Shown in pieces: positions 1 through 8,736 of a DNA stretch of 64,000 bases. Position numbers and translations under genes: made by a program. Where the stretch lies: contig JAYEIJ010000062.1 in NCBI GenBank assembly GCA_034660035.1, positions 11,522 to 75,521 of the forward strand, in the 5' to 3' direction. A model generated the notes under the pieces. That model saw only the letters and a program-made list of their open reading frames with translations, had not been told where the DNA came from and did no database searches. Position 1 is the first letter of the stretch; every line of letters starts with the position of its first letter. This DNA comes from Actinomycetota bacterium. Its GTDB lineage: Bacteria; Actinomycetota; Acidimicrobiia; Spongiisociales; UBA5794.

Positions 1-138
1 TGTCAGAAGCCGCGGAAGTACGAAGTTGGCAGCGGCGAATGCGCCGACCTGGGCAACCGACACCGCGCCGACGGCGCCCTCAGAGACCCCGTAGCGTTCG
101 GCGATCACGGGGATGAGGAAAGGAGTCGCCGCATACAT
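1..138 (-). CDS. MFS-type transporter, N-terminal fragment (continues beyond window start)
   Basis: Reverse-complement of 1..138 reads MYAATPFLIPVIAERYGVSEGAVGAVSVAQVGAFAAANFVLPRLLT (hydrophobic TM1-like segment). ATG at 138..136. Too short for the ORF track. Divergent from the ADH gene. Confidence 0.3.
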   Translation of the reverse strand, partial: MYAATPFLIPVIAERYGVSEGAVGAVSVAQVGAFAAANFVLPRLLT

Positions 139-402
139 GAGAGCGACCGCAGCGGTAGCACCCACGAGGGCGACCGATGCATGCCGACCCGCGGCATAGG
201 CTATTCGAGTTGGGCCTTGCACACCCGGATTGTTGCAGGTGAGCGCGGGCACTCCTATTGCTCCGGTCGACCGGTGATCCGGTCTCGAATGGCCGAGGGG
301 CGATACGATGGCCCGAGCAGGCGAACAGAAAGGCCGACCGGGTATGAGCTTCGAGATCCAGGCCGGTCGCGTTGCGCTCACTGCACCGTGCGGGGCACAC
401 GG

Positions 403-1443
403 ATGAAAGCCGCCCTCTACTCGCGATTCCGGGGTCCGATCACCATCGAAGAAGTGCCGGATCCCGCACCGGAGTCCGACGGGGTGGTGGTGAGGGTCGA
501 AGCGACGGGACTGTGCAGGAGCGACTGGCACGGCTGGATGGGGCACGATCCGGACATCCTTCTGCCGCATGTTCCGGGTCATGAACTGACGGGAGCGATC
601 GTCGCCACTGGTTCAGACGTCAGTCGCTGGCGAGTCGGAGACCGCGTGACGGTTCCCTTCGTCGCCGGATGCGGCGAGTGCGAACCGTGCCGAGGCGGGG
701 ACCAGCAAGTCTGCGAGCGACAGTTCCAGCCGGGATTCACCGCATGGGGCTCCTTCGCCGAGTTGGTCGCGCTCCGATACGCAGATGGCAACCTGGTCGG
801 CGTTCCCGACGAGATCGATGCCGTCACTGCGGCGACCCTCGGCTGCCGCTTCGCAACGGCGTTCCGAGCAATCGTCGACCAGGGCAGGGTCGGCGCCGGT
901 GAGTGGGTTGCGGTGCACGGCTGTGGGGGCGTGGGACTTGCGGCAATCATGATCGCTAGGGCGTACGGCGCGGGTGTGGTGGCGATCGATCCGAACGTCG
1001 AAGCGAGAGAGCTCGCTCGGTCACTCGGCGCGACGACTCTGAGTAGCGATGTCGACGTAGACACGGTTCTCACGGCGCTGATGGATACGACCGGTGGCGG
1101 GCCCCATCTGTCCATCGATGCGATCGGCAACGCCGCCACGGTGGCGGTCTCGATCGATTCACTGCGGCCGCGAGGGCGCCACGTCCAGATCGGCCTTCTT
1201 CCCGAGAACAAGACCACCATCCCGATGGGGACCGTCATCGCAAAGGAGTTGGAGGTCCTCGGCAGCCACGGCATGCAAGCGCGTCGCTACCCCGCGATGA
1301 TGGAGATGATCCTCGACGGCCGTCTCGAGCCGGACCGGCTCGTAACGCGCACCATCCCTCTCTCGAATGTCACCGAGGCGCTTCCCGCAATGGGAACCGC
1401 CCAGAGACCGGGTGTGACCGTCATCGATCGCCTCGACGACTGA
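403..1443 (+). CDS. Zn-dependent alcohol dehydrogenase (MDR superfamily)
   Basis: ORF 181..1443, trimmed to ATG 403 (MKAALYSRF...). Has GHE motif, the Cys-rich structural Zn loop GCGECEPCRGG, and the Rossmann motif GCGGVGLAA. Confidence 0.85.
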   Translation: MKAALYSRFRGPITIEEVPDPAPESDGVVVRVEATGLCRSDWHGWMGHDPDILLPHVPGHELTGAIVATGSDVSRWRVGDRVTVPFVAGCGECEPCRGGDQQVCERQFQPGFTAWGSFAELVALRYADGNLVGVPDEIDAVTAATLGCRFATAFRAIVDQGRVGAGEWVAVHGCGGVGLAAIMIARAYGAGVVAIDPNVEARELARSLGATTLSSDVDVDTVLTALMDTTGGGPHLSIDAIGNAATVAVSIDSLRPRGRHVQIGLLPENKTTIPMGTVIAKELEVLGSHGMQARRYPAMMEMILDGRLEPDRLVTRTIPLSNVTEALPAMGTAQRPGVTVIDRLDD

Positions 1444-1459
1444 CTGGTAGGGTCCCTGC

Positions 1460-1789
1460 ATGACCAAAGAGCCATCCTTCACCGTACTGGAGAACCTCCT
1501 CGACGAAGTTGAGATCCCGGAGAACGGGACCCTCAGTCGTGTTGTGTTCAATGCCGACGGCCTGCGCGTTGTTCTCTTCGCGTTCGATACGGGCGAGCAG
1601 CTGACCGACCACGCCGCCACCGTGCCGGCCGTCGTCCAGGTGGTCAAGGGGCGTCTCGAGATGACGCTCGGTGATCAGAAGATGGAGATCGATCCCGGTT
1701 CCTGGGTCCACATGGATGCGCACCTCGTCCACGCTCTCGTCGCCCTCGAGCCCAGCGTCGTCATCCTCACTCTCCAACGGAACACCTGA
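1460..1789 (+). CDS. cupin domain protein
   Basis: 109 aa. Small beta-barrel-like sequence with His-containing motifs (HMDAHLVHAL). Confidence 0.5.
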   Translation: MTKEPSFTVLENLLDEVEIPENGTLSRVVFNADGLRVVLFAFDTGEQLTDHAATVPAVVQVVKGRLEMTLGDQKMEIDPGSWVHMDAHLVHALVALEPSVVILTLQRNT

Positions 1790-1795
1790 AACGAT

Positions 1796-2245
1796 TCAGC
1801 GAGAGCCTCGGGAGGCTTCGTACTGCTCGATGAACTCATCGAGTGGCATCGAGTTGATCGATTCGGCAATGACTTCCATCGCCAGATCGTCGGCCGTCTT
1901 GAAGCGGAGACATGACCGGCCCATGTCCAGTTTCTTCCCCGTTGCGAGGTACTTCGCCTTGAACGTCTCTTCGCCGTCCCGGACGAACGCCACGTTCATC
2001 AGGTAGAGGGCGATGTGTCGCTTCTGCGCCGCCAGGGCGGCGAACATGAGCGGCTTGCCGTTGTACGTGTCCGGGTACGTCTCGAGCGGCACCTCATATG
2101 TGATCATCCCCCACCGCATCACCTCCACATAGCCGGCGGGCAGGTTCTTGAGAATGAGATCCCGGACGGTTTCGACGTCGCTGCGCCGATCATCAGGAAT
2201 CTCGGCCAGGTATTGCTCAACCGTCGTCGCGTCGCTGGAGACCAT
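1796..2245 (-). CDS. DUF1801 (YdhG-like) domain protein
   Basis: 149 aa. N-terminal VEQYLAEIPDDRR and KRHIALYL motif typical of DUF1801. Confidence 0.5.
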   Translation of the reverse strand: MVSSDATTVEQYLAEIPDDRRSDVETVRDLILKNLPAGYVEVMRWGMITYEVPLETYPDTYNGKPLMFAALAAQKRHIALYLMNVAFVRDGEETFKAKYLATGKKLDMGRSCLRFKTADDLAMEVIAESINSMPLDEFIEQYEASRGSR

Positions 2246-2284
2246 GCGCCGGACCCTACCGGACCCATCCGTCCTTCGGAAGGT

Positions 2285-3376
2285 TCAATGCGGTGACTCG
2301 AAGACCTTCCCCGACCACATCGCGCGGATCGTTCTTGCAGCAACGGTTATCCACGCGCCGAAGAGGGCTACGAGCACAGCGATGTAGAACCAGTGGATGC
2401 TCTCGAAGTCGCTCACCTTCCACGCGACACCGGTGGCGACGGCGAGTGAACCGAGCGGGAACGTGTACGCCCACCACGACAGGGCGTAGGGCAGTTCCAG
2501 ATGGCGGACGTATGAGATGACGATGATGACCGCCATGATGAAGGACCAGGCGGCGAAGCCCCAGGCCGCGAGGATTCCGAGTGTGGAGATCGCTTCGATG
2601 GCGTGTGCATCGATGTCGATCGGTGTCCCCGCATCGAAGAGATGCATCATCTTGAACAAGGCCACGGTGATGATCGCCATCGGAGCGATCGCGATGAAGG
2701 ACGTCGCTGCGAACTTGTTGGCCGGGAGCGACTCGAGCACGTAGCGGTGGTAGACGAGTGAGCCGACGAAGAGGAACAGGAAGAATCCGATCCCGAAGCT
2801 GATGATCGAAAGACCGAACGTCAACTCGAAGCGGTCGGTGAAGACCATAGCGAGCTCGAAGCCGGCGACCGGGATGAGGAGCTTCGCTACCGGCGGGATG
2901 AACCATCCGAAGTTCGCATGGGACAGCTCGATGGCGTCGCTTCGGTAGATCTTCGGCAGCACGATGAACGCTGCCAGATAGATCCCGATCGAACCCACGA
3001 GCCACATCCAGAAGGCGATCTCGTGCGATGTGCCTTCTGAGAAGAACATGTCGGGGTACTTCAGAAGGTCGAGGGCGATGATGATGACAGCGATAGGCAT
3101 GGTGGGGAAGAAACTCGCCGCTATCGGATGGTGAAGATCATCCCGAACGACCTCGGGATACATGAAGAAGCGGAGCGTCCACGGGATCAAGATCGCGAAG
3201 AACATCAGCACCGAGATCACGACGAACGCTCCTGCGATGCCGCGTACCCACGAGCCGGTGAGGAACGAGATCGCGAGTGGCACGACCGCAGTCCCCATGA
3301 CGGCTGCGAACCATGCCGGGTTGAAGTGCTCGATGGTTTCGCTGAGGCTCGGGCGGTCGCCGCCTTTTCCCGTCAT
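2285..3376 (-). CDS. TDT-family transporter (TehA/Mae1/Ssu1-like, C4-dicarboxylate/tellurite/sulfite exporter family)
   Basis: ORF 2285..3427, trimmed to ATG at 3376 (MTGKGG...). About 10 predicted TM helices. Preceded by an AAGGA RBS. Confidence 0.55.
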   Translation of the reverse strand: MTGKGGDRPSLSETIEHFNPAWFAAVMGTAVVPLAISFLTGSWVRGIAGAFVVISVLMFFAILIPWTLRFFMYPEVVRDDLHHPIAASFFPTMPIAVIIIALDLLKYPDMFFSEGTSHEIAFWMWLVGSIGIYLAAFIVLPKIYRSDAIELSHANFGWFIPPVAKLLIPVAGFELAMVFTDRFELTFGLSIISFGIGFFLFLFVGSLVYHRYVLESLPANKFAATSFIAIAPMAIITVALFKMMHLFDAGTPIDIDAHAIEAISTLGILAAWGFAAWSFIMAVIIVISYVRHLELPYALSWWAYTFPLGSLAVATGVAWKVSDFESIHWFYIAVLVALFGAWITVAARTIRAMWSGKVFESPH

Positions 3377-3501
3377 TCGTGGTCCTTGATCGTCATCGAA
3401 TCCGTGGATCGTGAGGATACGGCGCAACGCGTGGGCCGAGTCCTCCGGGCACCGAAAGAGCCGGCCTCGGGAGGACAGCGCCGGCCCTTGGACGATTCCC
3501 C

Positions 3502-4128
3502 TCAGACGGTCGCTGGCTCCTCCTCCGGCGCATCCTCGATGTCTTCATAGCCCGTGACCATCGCCGTCACGTTGCTCAAGGGTGTCTCTCCCGTTGATGT
3601 CATGTAGACATGGACGATCAGGAAGATCACCAGGATGAACGCACCGAACGCATGAATGATCGCAACCCAGGCCAACCCACCGGGCCAGATCGACGACCAC
3701 GAGTTGTAGAACACGTACAGCAGACCGGTCGTCACCATCACGGGGACGATCAGTATCTTGAACGCAAGATACGTCGTCTTCTGGAGCGGGTTCAGCTTGC
3801 TCAGCTCGGTCTTCCGATACGGATGATCCTCACCTTTGAAGATCCCGAATGCGTAGTAACGCCCCTGGGTGACGAGCGAGCGTTCACCGGTCGGCTGGTA
3901 CTGGCGCCATGCACCGGTCGTGATATGCCAGAAGATGGCGAACACGATGAGGATGATGAACGACCAGGCGATGATGTTGTGGATTCGCACGGCCGTCTCG
4001 AACCCGAAGAGCGTGTAGGACCCGTGGATCTCGAAGCCCGTGATCATCAAGATGATGATGAACAGGGCCTGGAGCCAGTGCCAAAGTCGTTCGAACCCTG
4101 CGTAGATCTTGACCCGGTGTGCCGACAT
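3502..4128 (-). CDS. b-type cytochrome (Ni/Fe-hydrogenase b-type cytochrome / PF01292 family) membrane subunit
   Basis: ORF 3502..4212, trimmed to ATG 4128 (MSAHRVKIYAGFERLWHW...). Four TM helices with conserved His. GGAGGAG RBS. The ATG overlaps the TGA of the upstream octaheme cytochrome (ATGA coupling). Confidence 0.7.
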   Translation of the reverse strand: MSAHRVKIYAGFERLWHWLQALFIIILMITGFEIHGSYTLFGFETAVRIHNIIAWSFIILIVFAIFWHITTGAWRQYQPTGERSLVTQGRYYAFGIFKGEDHPYRKTELSKLNPLQKTTYLAFKILIVPVMVTTGLLYVFYNSWSSIWPGGLAWVAIIHAFGAFILVIFLIVHVYMTSTGETPLSNVTAMVTGYEDIEDAPEEEPATV

Positions 4129-5780
4129 CAGGAGCTCCTCCGCTTCGATCCCACAACTCTCATGACACCGTGGACGATGACCACCACCAGCGTGATGGCG
4201 ACCAGGCCCCACATCAACCAGTCGAGCGAGCCGCCATCACGTCCAGGGAGATAGAACCCGCCGAGAGAGGCAAGCACGCCGGCCCTACTGTGGCACGACT
4301 GGCATTCGACGGCATCACCACTCGGTGCAACCATGTGCGTCGCGGGCTCGTAGAAGACGGTCTCCATCCAGCCGACTTCACCGCTGTATGGAACGGCGGC
4401 ACCGGCGCTGTAAGGAGTACCGGCGACTTCCATCCCCGCAGCGATGGCGGTGTTCCAGTCGAACGACTTCCAGTACGCGGCGTCGTCTTTGCCGAAGAGA
4501 TGCGGCAAGGCGACCGTGTTGTTCCCGCCATCGATCGGCTGGATCCCCCTGAACGCCTTCACCGGATAGATCCGGGAATCCTCGTCATCATATGAACCCG
4601 CGTAGGCGTTGAGTTCCATCACTCCGTCTTCGTTGAGCACGACGGGGTCGCCTGCGATGGTGACATCCACGAGCCCGTTGAACCAGACATAGGCGGGAAC
4701 GAAGTCCCGGTCCCACTCGAAGTTGCCTTTGATCGTTGTGTATTCGACGTTCCCGTTCTCATCCTTCGTGGTGATCTTCGCACCGTCGGGGGCGAATTCA
4801 CCGGCCGTGGACCAATCCCACCAGGTCTTCGTGTACGTCTCCCCCCTGGCGAGTTTCGGGATGTGGCACGTCTGGCATGCAACCTTGTCGGTGTGCTCGT
4901 TGAGCTTGTCGCTGTCCATCGGCTGTGTGCCGTGGCACGACTGGCATGTTGCCTGATTCCCGTCGTCGAGCGGGAGATCGACACCGGATTCATCGGACGG
5001 ACTCATGTAGACCGATGACCCGTTGAGCTGGTGGTTGCGGCCCTCATGACAGTCGGAGCAGACCATGGCGGCACCGTCGGCCGACATGTGCACGTCGACG
5101 TCTTTCGATGCAGTCAACAGGTCGGGGTTGAGATCACCGTGCTTGACTCCGGCTCCGCCGCCACCGAAGAAGTGGCACGAGCCGCACGTCGCGTTGCTGG
5201 TCTTACCGACATTCTGAGCAATTGCCGACAGATCCGGCGGGTTCCACGTCTTGCCGCCGAAGTCCATCGGTTCGTAAGCGGGGTGGCCGGCTGCAGTCGG
5301 GAACTTCTTGTAGGTTCCGGTGGTGTCGTGGCACGACACGCAGTCCACGTTCTCCTCGATCGTGAAATCGAACGTGTGGTCCTTCCAGCCGTAGCCGGTG
5401 TGACAGCTCGTGCACCGCGGTTCGTTCGACTGAACGCCGATGCAGAAGTTGTTGATCTGGGTGGTCTTGCCGACGCCTTCGCCGAAGTGGTTGTCCCACG
5501 TCCAGTGCGTCGTCGCCTGGATCTGCTTAGCCGCTTCGGTATGGCACGACAGACACGCGGCAGTGAGGTCCGGTCCGGTGGCGAATGGCTGCTGGAGGAT
5601 CTCGAACTTGGAGTGGTCGGCGGTCGCATCGGAGCGTTCCACGGAGACCGGAACGGGCTCCTCCTCCTGTGCCACCGTCTCGGTCTGCCCGGTCGCTCCG
5701 GCTACGACGACGAAAAGTGCCGCGGCAACCAGCGCGAGCAGGATGAGGACCCGCTGCGTGAACCGACCTCGCGATGCCAT
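4128..5780 (-). CDS. octaheme c-type cytochrome (OTR/ONR/HAO-like multiheme family), N-terminal signal/anchor and C-terminal TM helix
   Basis: 550 aa. Eight CXXCH motifs: CLSCH, CTSCH, CVSCH, CGSCH, CSDCH, CQSCH, CQTCH, CQSCH. N-terminal hydrophobic signal peptide (RVLILLALVAAALFVVVAG). C-terminal hydrophobic helix (LMWGLVAITLVVVIVHGV). Confidence 0.8.
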   Translation of the reverse strand: MASRGRFTQRVLILLALVAAALFVVVAGATGQTETVAQEEEPVPVSVERSDATADHSKFEILQQPFATGPDLTAACLSCHTEAAKQIQATTHWTWDNHFGEGVGKTTQINNFCIGVQSNEPRCTSCHTGYGWKDHTFDFTIEENVDCVSCHDTTGTYKKFPTAAGHPAYEPMDFGGKTWNPPDLSAIAQNVGKTSNATCGSCHFFGGGGAGVKHGDLNPDLLTASKDVDVHMSADGAAMVCSDCHEGRNHQLNGSSVYMSPSDESGVDLPLDDGNQATCQSCHGTQPMDSDKLNEHTDKVACQTCHIPKLARGETYTKTWWDWSTAGEFAPDGAKITTKDENGNVEYTTIKGNFEWDRDFVPAYVWFNGLVDVTIAGDPVVLNEDGVMELNAYAGSYDDEDSRIYPVKAFRGIQPIDGGNNTVALPHLFGKDDAAYWKSFDWNTAIAAGMEVAGTPYSAGAAVPYSGEVGWMETVFYEPATHMVAPSGDAVECQSCHSRAGVLASLGGFYLPGRDGGSLDWLMWGLVAITLVVVIVHGVMRVVGSKRRSS

Positions 5781-5977
5781 CGTCGAACCTCCTCAAGCCA
5801 ATGTCATTCGCTCAAGCACATTCAACCGAACACCGGTCGTGCTGACCTCCAGTTCGTAGGGTCGAAAGTCCCCATCTGGAGACGCGCCCCACCGATACAA
5901 CGCCACATCAGAGGCGAACGGCCATAGACGTGTCCCGTTTTGGGCCGTTCTCTCGATGTGGGAGTTCTGTCCCTCCG

Positions 5978-7060
5978 CTAGAAGCCGAGCGCTTTTCGGG
6001 TGTTGCTTCCGACCAGTCCGTCGACGCGAAGGCCGTGGTCGTCCTGGAAGGCGAGGATCGCCAGTTCGGTCTTGGGACCGAAGATGCCGTCGATGGGTCC
6101 CGGTGCATACCCGGCAGCAACGAGGAGGTCCTGGGTCCGGAGGACGTCGGCACCGCGACTGCCCTTTCTGAGGATCCCGGACGAGTTCGTCGTTGGGACC
6201 GGCGTGTCATCGCCTGCGGGGGCGATGGTGCTCGCGACGGTGCCATTCTCGTGGCGGGTCACGAGTGCGGCTCGTGTGGCACGTCCCGCAAGTCCGTCGG
6301 CCGTCAAGCCCGCGTCGGTCTGGAACGCTGTCACTGCTTCGATCGTCCGCGTTCCGCTGATCCCGTCGATCGGTCCCGGTTGGTAGCCGAGTCCGGTCAG
6401 GACATCCTGAAGACGTCGGACGTCGGCGCCCCTGGTACCTTCTTCGAGCAAGCGGTAACCGTCGAACAGCGGATCGGCGGGACCCGCACCGAGCCAGTTC
6501 GCGCCGGCATTGGCGAGCGATCGGAACGGGTTGACGATCACTCCCGAGGGGTCGCGTAGTTCGAAGTGGAGATGAGGGTTGGTGAGTTCAGCGGTACCGG
6601 AGTCGCCAACCCAACCGAGGAGCTGTCCGGCCTTCACGGGTGTTCCGGGAACGATGCCGTCTGCGATCCCCCACGCGAGCCCGTCGTCCGTCCCGGGGGT
6701 GTCATTGTTGAGATGGATGTACCACGATTCCCATCCGTCATTGTGTCGGAGCGCGATCGTGCAGCATCGCTCCGGATTCATGTGTTCCGCGCTCGTCCAG
6801 TTGACGAGGCGCACCGTTCCATCGGCCGCTGCGACCACAGGTGTCAGCTTCGGCGACATGAGATCTTGGGCGTGGTGGATGCCATGAGAGCGCGCGGCCC
6901 AGAACCAATCCCAGAAATGGTGTTCACCGTCGACGGGAGCGGTCAGCGGGTAGTCGACCAACTCCCCCAGTTCGTGTGCCGATGCCGAAGCGGCAGGCAC
7001 AACGGTGAATGCGAGCAGGACCGTGACGGTGGCGGCGATAGACCGCAGGGTGTTCTTCAT
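5978..7060 (-). CDS. M23 family metallopeptidase with two peptidoglycan-binding (PG_binding_1) domains
   Basis: ORF 5978..7228, trimmed to ATG 7060 (MKNTLRSIAATVTVLLAF, signal peptide). HxxxD and HLHFE M23 motifs. Two C-terminal LxxGxxGxDVxxLQ repeats. Confidence 0.8.
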   Translation of the reverse strand: MKNTLRSIAATVTVLLAFTVVPAASASAHELGELVDYPLTAPVDGEHHFWDWFWAARSHGIHHAQDLMSPKLTPVVAAADGTVRLVNWTSAEHMNPERCCTIALRHNDGWESWYIHLNNDTPGTDDGLAWGIADGIVPGTPVKAGQLLGWVGDSGTAELTNPHLHFELRDPSGVIVNPFRSLANAGANWLGAGPADPLFDGYRLLEEGTRGADVRRLQDVLTGLGYQPGPIDGISGTRTIEAVTAFQTDAGLTADGLAGRATRAALVTRHENGTVASTIAPAGDDTPVPTTNSSGILRKGSRGADVLRTQDLLVAAGYAPGPIDGIFGPKTELAILAFQDDHGLRVDGLVGSNTRKALGF

Positions 7061-7146
7061 TGTGTACTCCAGTGACGTGTCTTCCTCCCTTTGTATCGGT
7101 CGCGCCGAGCACGACCTGAGGGATTCCACCGGGGAACGAGTGTCGT

Positions 7147-7638
7147 TCAGATGAGAGGTAGATCGATCTCGACTGTGACGATCGGGTCGACCCGCAGCAT
7201 GAGCAGGCGCGGAGGTTCGAGGCCCCACCAGCGAACGTCGAACTCGCCGGTGCCGCTGAGGCGGGGACCGGGGAGGAGGTTGAGTTCCCCCTCCACCAGA
7301 ACCTCCGCATCGAGAAAGCGGACCGTGCCGGTGATCTTGGCTGTGTTCCCGCCGGTGTCTTCGGTTGTTTCGATCTCGGCAACGATTCTCGGGTGTGTCG
7401 TCGTATCGACACGGCGATTCATCTCCCGGTCGATGAGGCGATTGCCTGATGAGAGGTCGTCGAGGGGAACGTCGAGCCGTCCATGCAGGGGATGGGTCGG
7501 CACGAACCCGTCATCGTCGAACGCCGCCTCGAACCACCCTGAGGCCTTGCCGTTCGTACGGATGGGATGAACCGAAGACGTGGCGACGAATGTGATGGAT
7601 CCGGCCGGAGCGTCGATCGACCAACGTCGCAGTTTCAT
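7147..7638 (-). CDS. YceI-like domain protein
   Basis: ORF 7147..7788, trimmed to ATG 7638 (MKLRRWSIDAPAGSITF...). YceI-like beta-barrel pattern. Confidence 0.45.
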   Translation of the reverse strand: MKLRRWSIDAPAGSITFVATSSVHPIRTNGKASGWFEAAFDDDGFVPTHPLHGRLDVPLDDLSSGNRLIDREMNRRVDTTTHPRIVAEIETTEDTGGNTAKITGTVRFLDAEVLVEGELNLLPGPRLSGTGEFDVRWWGLEPPRLLMLRVDPIVTVEIDLPLI

Positions 7639-7757
7639 GCTCTCGCGCCTCCCGTGCTCGTGCTGTGTCCACAGCGTCGACGACGCACGCGAATCTAGCG
7701 CCCTGCTTGCCGGATACACTCTGCGAATGCGATCCGCGACCAGAAAGGGAATCGCGC

Positions 7758-8408
7758 ATGGACACCGATACCCCGACCCAGCCATCACTCCCCCGACTCA
7801 ACGAACCGGCTCCGGCATTCAGAGCCCCAACGACCCACGGCGTCAAGGAACTGTCGGACTACGCCGGCAAGTGGTTGGTTCTGTTCTCCCATCCGGCCGA
7901 CTTCACCCCGGTCTGCACGACCGAGTTCATGGCATTCGCGAACGCCTACGAGGACTTCCAGGCGATGAACACGGATCTCCTCGGCCTGTCCATCGACTCG
8001 CACTTCTCCCACATCGCGTGGACACGCACGATCGAAGAGAAGTTCGGCGTGAACATCCCGTTCCCGATCATCGCGGACCTCTCCATGGAAGTCGCGAACG
8101 CATACGGCATGATCCAACCCGGAGAGAGCGACACATCGGCGGTTCGATGCACCTTCATCATCGATGACAAGGGCGTTGTCCGGGCGATGGTCTACTACCC
8201 CCTCGCAAACGGGCGCTCGATCGCCGAATTCGTGCGTCTCGTCAAGGCACTGCAGACATCCGACGAGCACGGAGTTGCCACGCCCGAAGCATGGCAGCCC
8301 GGCGATCGGGTCATCGTCCCACCGCCGGCAACAGCAGCCGGAGCGAAAGCGCGACTCGAAGAGGGATATGACTGCATCGACTGGTGGTTCTGCACCAGGG
8401 AACTCTGA
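7758..8408 (+). CDS. peroxiredoxin (1-Cys Prx6-like, AhpC/TSA family)
   Basis: ORF 7665..8408, trimmed to ATG 7758 (MDTDTPTQPSLPRLNEPAPAF...). Has the FTPVCTTE peroxidatic Cys motif. AAAGGGA RBS. Confidence 0.85.
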   Translation: MDTDTPTQPSLPRLNEPAPAFRAPTTHGVKELSDYAGKWLVLFSHPADFTPVCTTEFMAFANAYEDFQAMNTDLLGLSIDSHFSHIAWTRTIEEKFGVNIPFPIIADLSMEVANAYGMIQPGESDTSAVRCTFIIDDKGVVRAMVYYPLANGRSIAEFVRLVKALQTSDEHGVATPEAWQPGDRVIVPPPATAAGAKARLEEGYDCIDWWFCTREL

Positions 8409-8480
8409 GCCATACGCGCTCTTCGGATTTGACTGGCGTGTGGGAAGAGTTGGTGGTGGGTCGGGTGATGGTTGGGAGAG

Positions 8481-8660
8481 CCCGTAGTAGGTAGTGGCGA
8501 AGTAGGTATGACGTAGTACGACTCGGAGGTCTTGTGTCGGTTGGTTGCGTGGTGTATCTGTGTACTGATGCACGACTATCGACAGCGAGGATGTCTCCCC
8601 CCCCCTGATCGGGGGTCGTACTACGTCATACGTCGTACGTACTACTCCCCGGTTCTCGCC
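8481..8660 (+). repeat. structured intergenic repeat element, copy A (MITE/REP-like)
   Basis: Terminal inverted repeats GTATGACGTAGTACGAC (8506-8522) and GTCGTACTACGTCATAC (8617-8633). An 18-nt block ACGTAGTACGACTCGGAG is identical to copy B (27574-27591, reverse). Near-palindrome GTCGTACGTACTAC. Poly-C tract. Confidence 0.6.
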
Positions 8661-8706
8661 GACCCCGCTCATTCCCGAAGGCTTCGCTATACGCGACATG
8701 CCCCAA

Positions 8707-8728
8707 GGGACCCGCTTCGACGGGTCCC
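8707..8728 (-). terminator. stem-loop terminator downstream of trkH
   Basis: GGGACCCG-CTTCGA-CGGGTCCC, an 8-bp GC-rich stem just 3' of the trkH stop (8737). Confidence 0.5.
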
Positions 8729-8736
8729 CGTCGCGT

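Noticed and set aside
8540-8570. Hammerhead-like CUGAUG motif within repeat copy A
   Set aside because: The core is CUGAUGC, not CUGANGA, and no matching GAAA/stem arrangement is present.
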